Shown one piece after another: positions 48,653 through 58,911 of a DNA stretch of 64,000 nucleotides; within the stretch, counting starts at the first letter, position 1, and each line of letters opens with the position of its first letter. Origin of the DNA: Alphaproteobacteria bacterium. Lineage in GTDB: Bacteria > Pseudomonadota > Alphaproteobacteria > UBA828. The position numbers were made by a program, and so were the translations under genes. The notes under the pieces are model-generated. The model searched no databases. It was not told the origin of the DNA and was given only the letters and a program-made list of their open reading frames with translations. Location: assembly GCA_965237415.1 (NCBI GenBank), contig CBDEFM010000002.1, positions 1,472,001 to 1,536,000 on the forward strand. The letters are read 5' to 3'.

Positions 48653-49081
48653 CGGACAGCACGACATTGCGTTCCAGCGCGGCGATGCTGCGCTCGACCC
48701 TGCCCATCGCGTCGAGGTAAGCGCACATCGTCGTCACGGGTTTGTCGTCGTCGTGGCCACAGAAGCTCTCAGCGAGCGTAACGCGTGAGACGCCAAGCCC
48801 GAGGATGAAGCGGCTATCATAGAAATTGCTCAGCGAATCATGCCCGGAGATGGTGGTGAGGGCATCGCGCGCACAAATGTTCGCAATGCCGGCTGCCGCG
48901 CGCAATCGATCGGTTTCCGCCAGGATGAAGCCGCTGTAATTGAAGGTCTCGTAGCCAATTCCTTTCGGGTACCGGAGCATATCGTAGCCGAGACGCTCGA
49001 CGCCCTGCGCCAGTTCCGCGACATCGCTTCCGGAGAGCACGTCAGGTAAGAACCGAACGCCGGTCTGTCGATCTCCTTCAT
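48653..49081 (-). pseudogene. Truncated, frameshifted LLM-class (luciferase-like) oxidoreductase
   Basis: ELAQGVERLGY, GIANICARD, RFILGLGVS, KPVTTMCAYLDAM; 5' frameshift near 49040; 3' end replaced by the IS remnant. Confidence 0.75.
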
Positions 49082-49251
49082 GCGCTTACCGTCTCCCGTT
49101 TCCGACGTATCGCCGGAGCCATCGGACGGGAGACTAGCCGCCACTATTCCGGACCCGCCCCGTGTCGTTGCCGGCATCGCCGCCTTGAGGCAGAGAGCCG
49201 CGGCGAGCAGGCGCTGGGCGCCGGTCACGAAGCGATTGGAGAGACACGCCT

Positions 49252-50157
49252 ATGTATGCCGGCAGGCTCGTTTACATTCCCGCCCTGGCGGCGCTCGGGG
49301 TGATTTACGGCGCCCTCTTCCCGGTCAACAAGATGAGTGCGGAAGCCGAGCTTCCCTATATCGGCTATGTCTTCTGGTTCTCGCTGATCGCCACGATCGG
49401 GCTCGCGATCCCGGCCGCGCTGAGGGGCGAGCTGCCGAAGCTCACCGCTCCCCACCTGCGGGTCTATGCCGTCCTGGGCGGACTCGGCGTCGCGATACCG
49501 GTGCCGCTGCTCACATTCGTGGCGCCGAAGCTTCCGGTCGGCATCATCACGCTGCTGATGATCCTGGTGCCGCTGCTCACCTATCTCCTGTCCTACCTGG
49601 CCCGCATCGAGCGGTTTCGCCTGTCCGGGGTCGTCGGGGTGCTGTTCGGCCTTGGGGGCCTGCTGCTGATCCTGATCCCCGACGTCAGCCTGCCGTCGCG
49701 GGATATGGTGGGCTGGGTGCTGCTGGGGCTGGTGGCGCCGGTCTGTTTCGCCGCCACCAACACGCTGGCGGTCTACCTCCGGCCTCCGGCATCGCCGGCG
49801 CTGACGATGGCGACGGGCATGTCGGCTTGCGCCACGGTGATGCTGGCGCCGGTCATGGTCGGCACCGGGCATGCCTACCTGTTTCCCGGACCCAGCACCG
49901 CGGGCATGCTGGTTGTGCTCTACGCTGCAGCGATCACGGCGGTGACGATGGTCGGCTGGTTCGTGCTGGTGCGCATCATCGGCGCGGTCTTCTTCTCGCA
50001 GTTCAACTACTTCATCGTTCTGAGCGGCTTCGGCTGGGGCGTTCTGCTATTCGACGAACATCACGGCGCCTATGTCTGGGCGGCCACCGGCCTGACCTTC
50101 ATCGGCCTCGCCGTCTTCACCCGCGGCGCGCACATCGCGGGCCGCGCAGACGCGTAG
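49252..50157 (+). CDS. DMT/EamA family transporter
   Basis: About 10 hydrophobic segments in two EamA-like repeats (GAVFFSQFNY, WGVLLFDE). Confidence 0.88.
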   Translation: MYAGRLVYIPALAALGVIYGALFPVNKMSAEAELPYIGYVFWFSLIATIGLAIPAALRGELPKLTAPHLRVYAVLGGLGVAIPVPLLTFVAPKLPVGIITLLMILVPLLTYLLSYLARIERFRLSGVVGVLFGLGGLLLILIPDVSLPSRDMVGWVLLGLVAPVCFAATNTLAVYLRPPASPALTMATGMSACATVMLAPVMVGTGHAYLFPGPSTAGMLVVLYAAAITAVTMVGWFVLVRIIGAVFFSQFNYFIVLSGFGWGVLLFDEHHGAYVWAATGLTFIGLAVFTRGAHIAGRADA

Positions 50158-50353
50158 ATCGCAGGAGGCGCCTGTCCCGTTCGGGGCACGTCCTCGATCC
50201 GCTTGACCTCGGAGCCGACGCCGCACCGCAGCACCGCCGTCTCGCCGGCGGAGTGTCCGCAGTCCACCGATTCTTGCGGAGCCGTTCAGCGTCCGATACG
50301 TTGATCCGAAGACTGGACGACGAGAGCTTCGACATGTTCCACGGAGGCGCCTC

Positions 50354-50731
50354 ATGATCGGCTATGTAACCCTTGGCTCGAACGACATTGCCCGCACCGG
50401 TGAGTTCTACGACGCGCTGCTCGGTGAAATCGGCGCGACGCGGCAGACAGACGGAGAGACCTTTGTTGCTTGGTCGGTGACCCCCGGCACTCCGATGCTG
50501 TGGGTCATCAAACCCTTCGACGGCGCGCCGGCGACTGTCGGCAACGGCGTCATGGTGGCCCTCGCGGTCGACTCGAAGGATCATGTGGAGCGCCTGCACG
50601 CGAAGGCGATAAGTCTGGGCGCCAGTGACGAAGGCGCCCCTGGGCTGCGCGGCGATACGTTCTACGGCGCCTACTTCCGCGACCCTGATGGGAACAAGCT
50701 GGCGGTGTTCGACAAAGCATATATGAGCTGA
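50354..50731 (+). CDS. VOC/glyoxalase family protein
   Basis: MIGYVTLGSND..FYDALL, PATVGNGVMVAL, DEGAPGLR, YFRDPDGNKL. Confidence 0.92.
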   Translation: MIGYVTLGSNDIARTGEFYDALLGEIGATRQTDGETFVAWSVTPGTPMLWVIKPFDGAPATVGNGVMVALAVDSKDHVERLHAKAISLGASDEGAPGLRGDTFYGAYFRDPDGNKLAVFDKAYMS

Positions 50732-51229
50732 GCCGGCCGCGCTCCGGCGGAGCCTGCGAGGGCGCCCGCGGCGAGACCCGGCTCTTCATCAAGAAGGTCT
50801 TGGCCGAGGCCCGGCGCGTCGGCCATGGCGGGTTGGCACGGGCGATCGGAACCCGGTAGGAGACATCGACCACGATCCTGTCGCCCTCGGCCATGACTGG
50901 CGCTACGACGCCGAGACCGGGCGCATCAAGATCCTTCGTTCAGTCCTCGCGGTGTTCCGGGTCACTGTGAAGGATCGCCAGAACCCGTCCTCGGCGACGA
51001 ACTTGCGCACATGCGCTCCCCTCGGCACGAGAAGCGCCCAGTCGGCCGTGTGCATGGCGATGCGGACGACGGTCTCGGCGAGCGACAGCTCGCTCCCGGC
51101 CGCGCCGTTGTCGATCACGCGGCTCCAGCCGGTTCAAGACGCGAGCCGGATGGGCGAGATGCCCCGCCCGCCTTGACAAGCCGGCACACCGCGAACAGCG
51201 TGCGCCACGCCACGCGGAGAAACGCGCCC

Positions 51230-51775
51230 ATGGCCCGATTGCCCTATCTCGACGCGGCTGACCTCGCCGCCGAGCACCGTGGTTTGCTGGACTCGCCGAT
51301 CAACATTCGGCGCGCGCTCGCCCATAGCCCGGGCGCCTTGCAGGGATTTATCGCGCTTGCGCTCTACCTTCGCCACGAGAGCCCGCTCGACCCGCGGCTC
51401 CGCGAGCTCGCGATCATTCAGGTCGGCTACGTCAGCGGCGCCGCCTATGAATACGGCCATCACATCGAGATCGGCGCCCGCGTCGGGGTCACCGATGACG
51501 ACCTTCGGGCGATCGCGCGGGAAACGGCGGGAGAGAGCAGCGACCTCCCGCCCCTCGATCGGGCGGTGCTGCGCGCCGCGCGCGAGATGACCGACGGGCG
51601 CGCTATCTCGGACGAGACCTGGTCGCGCCTCGAGGCGGCGTTGGATCGGACAGCGCTGGTCGACCTCGTGATGGCGATCGCCACTTATAACGGGGTGGTG
51701 CGCATCCTGGGCGCGCTCGAGATCGACATCGAGCCGGGCTATGAGAGCTATCTCGAAAGGTTCCCACTGCCTTGA
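51230..51775 (+). CDS. AhpD-like / carboxymuconolactone decarboxylase family protein
   Basis: MARLPYLD, RALAHSP, LDPRLRELAIIQVG, YEYGHH, YNGVVRIL. Confidence 0.88.
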   Translation: MARLPYLDAADLAAEHRGLLDSPINIRRALAHSPGALQGFIALALYLRHESPLDPRLRELAIIQVGYVSGAAYEYGHHIEIGARVGVTDDDLRAIARETAGESSDLPPLDRAVLRAAREMTDGRAISDETWSRLEAALDRTALVDLVMAIATYNGVVRILGALEIDIEPGYESYLERFPLP

Positions 51776-51864
51776 CCCCGCAACCCTCGCAAGGCCCGCG
51801 TCTGAGCCTTGCCGACCGCGTAGCGCTCGTGGTCGCGCAGGCCATGCGCGGTTTCGTCGGCGAA

Positions 51865-52528
51865 CTATAGCCCGAGATCGAGTTCGAGCTCAGGTCCCTC
51901 GCGGACTTTCTCCGGCTTCGGCTTCCGTTCCCGCGGAGCCTGCTCCCGTTCCGGCACTTGCGGCACTGGTTTCGGTATCGGCGGCCGAGCTTCCTGCACG
52001 CTCGGTCCGCGCTCCCGCTCGCGTGTCTTGTCCGCACCGGCTTCCGCCGCCTTTCCACGCTCGGGCTCGATCGCTTCGAGCGCCGCGACATGCTCCCCGG
52101 TGACGGCCTCCAGCCGCTCTCGCAACGCGCCCCGGTCGTCGGTCACCAGTTCGGCGCGGTGGCAGGCGCGGCTGATCTCGACGTAGAGGGTCTTCTGTGT
52201 GGTTAGATGAGGGTGGTTGGCCTCCATCGCCGCCATCACGGTATCGACGGTGCGTCCTTGAAAAGCATGCGCGGTCGACGCCCATGCCCTGTCGATACGG
52301 CGCAACTGCGGATCGTCCCGGCGCATCTCCAGCCCCCGTCCGTCTTCCAGACGGAAAGCGACCTTGCCGTCCTTCACCGCGGTCACCTCGGCCTTACCGC
52401 TGTTGACCAGCCCATGCATGGCGTCGTTCCGGGTCCAGCGCACGCGGGCGCCCCGGCGCAGCTCGATGATGTCGACGCCATAGACTTCGTCTCCGCCAGT
52501 CCTCGCCGCGAGACGGCCCGGCTCCCAT
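51865..52528 (-). pseudogene. C-terminal helicase fragment of a TrwC/TraI (MOB-F) conjugative relaxase
   Basis: WEPGRLAARTGG, VRWTRND..GLVN, DPQLRRIDRAWASTAHAFQGRTVD, YVEISRA..AELVTDD, plasmid-type tail ...ELDLGL; relaxase domain absent. Confidence 0.82.
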
Positions 52529-54373
52529 CCTCCGGCGTCAGCAGCGCGCCGCCCGCGCCCAGCGCCGCCATCCACATCCCGATATGGGCATGCCGCCGGG
52601 GCGGCCGGCCGTCGTGGACATCGCCGCCGTTCCAGCTCATCTCGCCGGCGCCGTAGCCGAGCGCGCTCCACACCGAGAACCGGTCGCTCAGCGCCAACCG
52701 CAGATAGGGATGCACGCCGTTCACCGACGCTTCGTTTCCCGCGTTCCCGCCCGGCCCGTGGCCGCCTCGGCCGGCGCCGTGGGACAGCGCCACACCGGCC
52801 CTGAGGCGGCCGCACTCGACATCGGCCCCGATCAGGCCCGCCAGGCCCTCGCCGACGGCCCCGTCGCCGACCCCGAATTGCAGCGGTGCCGTGCCGCCCC
52901 AGACCGACCGGCGTCCCGTCGAACTGACGGCGTCCCCGTCCGTCAACAGGAATGCGCTGTATGAGAGGAGGCCGCGCCCGGACATGCCCTGCGAAGGCCG
53001 ATGCACGCCGCCATCGTCGCCGACGCCGTGTCCGTAGCGGTCGGGGCCGCCCGCGATCCCGTGCCGCCATTGCTCGCCGGCCGTGTCCGCCATCTCCGGC
53101 GCGGGCCAGGCTTCCCCTGCCGCCGGAACCGGCGCCGGACCGATGCGCTGCCCGCCCAGCGCCAGGTACGGATCCCGGTCTCCCGCCGTCAGCCGCTCGC
53201 CAAGCCGGTCCACCAGCCCCGACGCCAGCGCGCGCCCGAAGCCGATGATCCATGCCCTGGACAAGGGATCGACGTCGACGATGGTCCCGGTCGCGGCGGG
53301 GTCGGCGATCCGCACACCGCGCGGGTTCGACAGCATCAGTGTCAGCGTCTCGATACCCTCGTCATGCCGGTCGTCGAGCACCGTCACGGAGACCGTCTTC
53401 TCCGTCTCGCCCGGCGCCAGGGCGAGCGTGCCGCGCGTGGCCCTGTAGTCGGACCCCGCCGTTGCGGTCCCGTCCGAAGTGGCATAGTCCACCGTCACTG
53501 CCGCCGCCGCTGCAGCGCCCAGCGTCCCCCGGAAGACGAGCGATGCGCCCGGACCCTCGCGCACCCGGGCATCGGCCACCGACAGTCCCGGCGGCGCCGT
53601 CTGCCTCGACGAGCAGGATCCCAGGGTCAGCGTGCCGTCGCAGTTGGCAACGTCGTCCAGGTCCGTCCAGGGCACGGTGATGCTCGAATACACCCAGGGC
53701 AGTTGCCCGGGGACATGGTGGGCAATGCGTTCGCAATGCGCACGGTACAGCTGCGGACCCCGCCGACCGGGGTCGCCGAGGCAGTCGCGTGCACACAGGT
53801 CTGGGCGGCCGAGCTCATGCGCTCGAACCGCGCCAGACACCCCGCGTCCGTGTCCATGTCCCGCCGGTTGCACAGCCCGCCCACATCCGAGCAGCAGTAG
53901 ATCCACCCGATCCGGTGCAGGCTCGACCCGGTGCGCCGGCCGCCGTCGTCGAGATGCAGGGTCCGGTCCATGGCCCCGTCCAGGTCGACCTTCGCAATCA
54001 CGGTCCCGTATTCCGGGCACAGGTTCCGCACCTCGAACGTGTTCCGCTGGAACGGATCCCGGTTGTTCCACCGGGCATCCATGCAGGCGGCGTCCCGGTG
54101 ACTGATCCTGTCGTTGACGCCGCAGGCCGCATCGACCGGCGCCGGAGACACAGCCCAAACCGAAACCGAAAGCAGCGCAGCCGCAATCCGTGGCCCGCAC
54201 CGCCTGGCGCGGCCCGGCAGCACCGGGCCAGCCGGAGCCAGGCGGATGCCCGTCGGAATAAGCTGCGATGGAAGGGGTGTATACCGGTCGAAGCTGGCCG
54301 AAGCGCACGCATGCAACCGGTTCCCCGCCGATCCCGGCAAGGGACGGATCCGTTCGACTGGTTCGTCGAACAT
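52529..54373 (-). pseudogene. Cys-rich passenger + Calx-beta + truncated autotransporter-like beta domain
   Basis: Leader AAALLSVSVWAVSPAPVDA; Cys-rich region; frameshift near 53740; Calx-beta LSVADARVREG...VTVDYATSDGTATAGSDY...VLDD..DEG.ETLTL.LSNP; barrel-like GVHPYLRLALSDRFSVW..GYGAG cut at about 52530. Confidence 0.78.
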
Positions 54374-54796
54374 CGCGGCGTTCCCCTTGTTCGGGGCGGC
54401 CGGCCGCGTGCTCTTCAGTCTTGTATGTTGGGGCTGTGGCGGGAAAATTCCAGTACTGTGCGGCAGACGCTAGACTGGTCACGGATTCGCGGGCGCGCCA
54501 ATTTGGCGACAGCCTGACCCTGGCACGGTCCGCCTCGCGTACCCCACAGCCACGACTCTTTCTTGCCGCCAGATTCCCCGGGATTTAAGCGGACCGCGAT
54601 ATCGTTGTCTGAATCGTGCAAGAGCTGAATAACCTGGCTTCAGGGCATTTGCAGGAGCCCGGTTGCGACCGGCACAGGCGATGTAGAGGTTCCGCATGGG
54701 TACCCATAGGATACCAGGCAGAGCATATCGTTGGCGGCACTTGCGCGGTCTGGAAGACCCTGACGCCTTGAGATATCGTAACTGTCATTCGGCAAG

Positions 54797-54863
54797 CGTG
54801 CCCTTGTCACTCGTGCCCTTGTCACTCGTGCCCTTGTCACTCGTGCCCTTGTCACTCGTGCCC
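54797..54863. repeat. Perfect intergenic 15-bp tandem repeat (4 full copies plus 7 bp)
   Basis: (CGTGCCCTTGTCACT)x4 + CGTGCCC. Confidence 0.95.
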
Positions 54864-55157
54864 AAGATGACGGCAGATCATCACAGGCCGAGCGCTGGCC
54901 TTTGCTATCGCCTTGAGGACAGCACCCTCTGTCGGGGGCCCCGGTCGACGTTTTACGCAGCCGGGGGCTGTGGCTATTCGAGCGGGTTTTCCCGAGTGCG
55001 CCGGCTGCGGCGCCGAGCAGGGCAGCAAGGCTTTCTTCCGCCGACGGTCGGGTTGTCACCACTCGGAGGCTCAAGTAGCATTCTTGCGGCCTCGCCCGAA
55101 GGCTTCGCTCCGCTCCGGGATGGCCCAACTAAAGCAAAACGAGAGGGAGGTTTCGCG

Positions 55158-56381
55158 ATGCGGTTTCATCGAAACATGGTGCTCGCTGCCGTAGGCGCAC
55201 TGTTGGTCCTGTGCGCCGGAACGCAAGCACGCGCTGAAGACCCGCTCGTCATCGGCATTGCGAAGTCCAGCACGGGCTTCATGTCGGCCTACGACCTGCC
55301 GGCCAAGCTCGGTATCGAACTCGCCATCGAGGACATCAATGCCGAAGGCGGGTTGCTCGGCCGTAAACTTACGTCGATGACGACGACGGCGGCCAACGCA
55401 AGCGACTGACGCAGGCGGGATCGCGACACCAAGACCGACAAGGCTCAGGCCGTCATAGCGGCGCAAGAGCTGATCGACGAGGGCGCACATGTGCTAAGTG
55501 TCAGCTGCGACTTCGACTATGGCGGCCCGGCGGCCTCGGTCGCCCAGGAGAACGACCTCATCGGGCTCGGATGCGCGGGCTCCCCCCGTTTCGGCAAGCA
55601 GGGTGTCGGCCCCAACGCCTTCAGTCTCGATACGCAGACGCCCGACGAGTGCGGCTCGCTCGCCGAGTGGTCGTCGATGAGCCGAGGCTGGAAGACGGTC
55701 TATCTGCTCACCGATACCTTCATCGACTACACCAAGACCTGCTCGCAGTATTTCGAGACGCGCTGGATCGAGCTCGAAGGCGAGGAGAGCGTCGTCGGGC
55801 GGGATACCTTCCTGCTGACCGATACGAGCATCGCCTCCCAAGTGAGCCGCATCAGGGGTCTCGAGACGCCGCCCGATTTCCTGTTCGTGCCGAGCTGCAA
55901 TCCCGGGCTCGGCGTCGCGGCCCGCCAGATCAGGGCCGCCGGAATCGACGCGCCTATCGTGACCGGCGTGTGCGGTGACGGCGACTACTGGCTCGAGTCC
56001 GCGCCGGGCCTCGATAACTTCTACAACGCGGCGTATATCTCGACCTATCTCGATGATCCCTGGGAGGATGTGAACGCATTCGTCCGGCGGCAGATCGAGG
56101 CCGATCCGGACATCACGCAACGCGCCTTCGCAGTGATCGGCTACAGCGAGATCCAGGCTTATGCCGAGGCCGTGAAGAGGGCCGGCAGCTTCGATGCGGC
56201 GGCGGTGCGCGAAGCCCTTGAGAACTTCAAGGAAGTTCCGCTGCTGGTCGGTCCGACCACCTTCACGAGCGAGCGCCATGGCGACATCTGGCGGCCGATA
56301 GTGATCGTAGAAGTGAAGGACGGGAAGCATCGGTTCGTCGAGCGGTGGAAGATTCAAAAGCCTCCGCCAGTGAAGTTTTAG
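55158..56381 (+). pseudogene. Liv-type ABC substrate-binding protein interrupted by an in-frame segment containing TGA
   Basis: Signal peptide and INAEGGLLGRKL, then 17 atypical codons with TGA at 55407, then RDTKTD...CDFDYGGPA in the same frame. Confidence 0.8.
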
Positions 56382-56494
56382 ATTCCGAGCTTGCGATGGG
56401 TGCTGGCTGCCTATCGCGCAGCCGGCGTCCACGCGCCTAAATATCGGGTTATCGTCGACGCCGAACGGCATTCAACCCGGAACTGCGGGAACTC

Positions 56495-58012
56495 ATGAGC
56501 CTGAGAGGCGAGGGCCTTCGAGTCTATTTCGAGGGCGTCAAGGCCGTAGACGGCGTTGATATCAAGCTGGACCCAGGCGAGATTCTGGGCCTGATTGGCC
56601 CGAACGGCGCGGGCAAGACAACGCTCATGAATGCGCTGAGCGGCTTCGTTCCGCTCAGGAGCGGAAGGGTCACGCTCGGCGAGGAAACCGTTACCGTATG
56701 GCCACCCAATCGGCTTGCGAAGAGCGGATTGGCGCGGACGTTCCAGAATGTTCGCCTTTTTCGCGGCCTCACGGTCTCCGAGAACGTCGAGGTCGCAGCC
56801 GTCGGTGTCGGCCTCGGGCGACGGGAGGCCAAGCGCCGGGCCTCCGAAGTGCTCGAGTGGGTCGGCCTCCTGCCGAGAGCGCATCTGCCCACCGAGAAGC
56901 TCTCATTCGGGGAGGAACAGCGTGTGGGCATCGCCCGCGCCATCGCGACGCGCCCGCAGTTTCTCCTCCTCGATGAACCAGCGGCAGGTTTGAATGAAGC
57001 GGAAGGCGACGAACTGGTGACCCTGATCTCGCGGATCAGGGAGAGTGAGGGCTGCGGGGTCCTGATCATCGAACACGATATGCGGCTCGTGATGAACCTT
57101 TGCGACAGCATTCACGTGCTCGACAACGGCAAGACGATCGCCACCGGCCCGCCCGAAGAGATCCAGAGAAATGACGCGGTCATCACCGCATATCTGGGCA
57201 CCAGAAAGCTCGGGGCGAAGGCCGTCGGCGAAGATGAGGCCCCTCCCCCAACCGGCCGCGAGCAGGCGCAGGAGCTTCTCTCCGTCACCGATCTGCATGT
57301 GAGCTACGGCCGGGTGCCGGCGCTCAGAGGCGTATCGCTCAAGGTCCGCCGTGGAGAGATGGTCGGAGTCGTTGGACCGAACGGCGCAGGAAAGTCGACC
57401 CTGTTGCTCACGATCGCCGGTGTGTTTCGGCCGATACAGGGAAGCGTACAGCTTGGCGATGACTCGCTGGTGCGTCAGGCACCGGAAGACATCGTGCGCA
57501 AAGGCGTTTCCTTGGTGCCGGAGCGACGACACATATTCGCGCAGCTCACGGTCGAAGAGAACCTGAGGGTGGCGGCTGCTACCCGAACCGAAAAGCAGCA
57601 AACGACGCGCGATCTGGAGGAGCTCTACGAGCGCTTTCCGATTCTCGGTGAGCGCCGCGCCTCACGCGGCGGCAACCTGTCGGGCGGTCAGCAGCAGCAG
57701 CTTGCGATCGCCCGCGCCCTTCTCACCCGCCCGCAACTCCTGCTTGTGGACGAACCCTCCCTCGGCCTCGCGCCGATACTCGTCGAGCGGGTCTTCGATT
57801 CCCTTGCAGCGTTGCGGGACGAAGGTGTTTCTATCCTCCTCGTCGAGCAAAATGCACTGGCGACCATCGAGATGAGCGATCGCATCTATGTGCTCCGCCG
57901 CGGCGAAATCGCGCTTGAGGGCGAGGGGACCGATGCGACGATCCGCGCCGATATCGTCAAGTCCTATATCGATCAGCTCGGTCTCGACGTGCAAACCACG
58001 TCAGCAGCGTAG
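56495..58012 (+). CDS. Fused LivG-LivF ABC ATPase
   Basis: Two Walker A motifs (GPNGAGKTT, GPNGAGKST), IEHDM..AYLG linker, LSGGQQQQ, VEQNA. Confidence 0.92.
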   Translation: MSLRGEGLRVYFEGVKAVDGVDIKLDPGEILGLIGPNGAGKTTLMNALSGFVPLRSGRVTLGEETVTVWPPNRLAKSGLARTFQNVRLFRGLTVSENVEVAAVGVGLGRREAKRRASEVLEWVGLLPRAHLPTEKLSFGEEQRVGIARAIATRPQFLLLDEPAAGLNEAEGDELVTLISRIRESEGCGVLIIEHDMRLVMNLCDSIHVLDNGKTIATGPPEEIQRNDAVITAYLGTRKLGAKAVGEDEAPPPTGREQAQELLSVTDLHVSYGRVPALRGVSLKVRRGEMVGVVGPNGAGKSTLLLTIAGVFRPIQGSVQLGDDSLVRQAPEDIVRKGVSLVPERRHIFAQLTVEENLRVAAATRTEKQQTTRDLEELYERFPILGERRASRGGNLSGGQQQQLAIARALLTRPQLLLVDEPSLGLAPILVERVFDSLAALRDEGVSILLVEQNALATIEMSDRIYVLRRGEIALEGEGTDATIRADIVKSYIDQLGLDVQTTSAA

Positions 58013-58032
58013 GTGTCTCCAGGCGTCGCGCG

Positions 58033-58911
58033 ATGGTCGTTCAGCACCTAGTCGATGCGATCAGCCTTGGCAGTCTCTACGCGCTCGCCGTGCTCGGCAT
58101 CGCCCTGATCCTCGGCGTGATGAAGCTGATCAACTTCGCCCACGGGGATCTGATCATGGTGGGGGGCTATTCGATGGCAGCCCTCAGCCCCTATCCATGG
58201 CCGCTCCTGATTCTCGGCACGCTCGCCACCACGACCCTGCTTGCGCTGCTCATGGAGCGCACGGCGTTTCGACCCGTGCGAGGCGCCAGTGCGGCAACCC
58301 TGCTGATCACGTCCTTCACCGTGAGCTATCTGCTGCAGAACATCGTGTCGGCAACGCTCACCTCGAATGCGCGGCCGGTGATGATGCCGATGTTCGTGCT
58401 CGAGTTGATCGAGATCGGCGACGTGCGGATTCAGAAGCTCGGCGTCGTCACCGTTGCGGTTACCGTCCTGCTCGTCGCGGCCCTGGCGATCGGCCTGAAA
58501 TGGACCTCGATCGGGCTTCACATGCGCTCGGCGGCCGAGGACTTCCGCATGGCCCGGCTGCTCGGCGTGCGCGCCAACAGGGTGATCGCCGTCTCCTTCG
58601 CGGTCAGCGGCTTCCTCGCGGGCACCGTGTCGCTGATCTTCATGTCGCAGATCGGCGCCGTCGTGCCGACGACGGGCATCAGCATCACCCTCGTCGCCTT
58701 CGTCGGCACCGTCGTGGGCGGCATGGGCAACCTGACGGCGGCGACCGCCGGCGGATTCCTCCTCGGCGTGATGACCGTCGTGCTGCAGGTTGCATTGCCT
58801 CTGGAGCTTTCGCCGTTCCGGGACGCCTTCGTCTTCACGCTGGTCATAGTGATCCTGCTGCTCCGCCCGCAGGGTCTGCTGCAGCGCCACAGCCGACGGC
58901 AGATTCTCTGA
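58033..58911 (+). CDS. Liv-type ABC permease (LivH-like)
   Basis: GSLYAL, LINFAHGD, GLHMRSAAED, VGGMGN, LRPQGL. Confidence 0.92.
   Translation: MVVQHLVDAISLGSLYALAVLGIALILGVMKLINFAHGDLIMVGGYSMAALSPYPWPLLILGTLATTTLLALLMERTAFRPVRGASAATLLITSFTVSYLLQNIVSATLTSNARPVMMPMFVLELIEIGDVRIQKLGVVTVAVTVLLVAALAIGLKWTSIGLHMRSAAEDFRMARLLGVRANRVIAVSFAVSGFLAGTVSLIFMSQIGAVVPTTGISITLVAFVGTVVGGMGNLTAATAGGFLLGVMTVVLQVALPLELSPFRDAFVFTLVIVILLLRPQGLLQRHSRRQIL

Noticed and set aside
54797-54863. CRISPR array or plasmid iterons
   Set aside because: Units are 15 bp and contiguous with no spacers; no cas or rep gene nearby.
55407-55409. Selenocysteine TGA
   Set aside because: It lies in a non-homologous inserted segment of a binding protein, not at a catalytic Cys position; no convincing SECIS.
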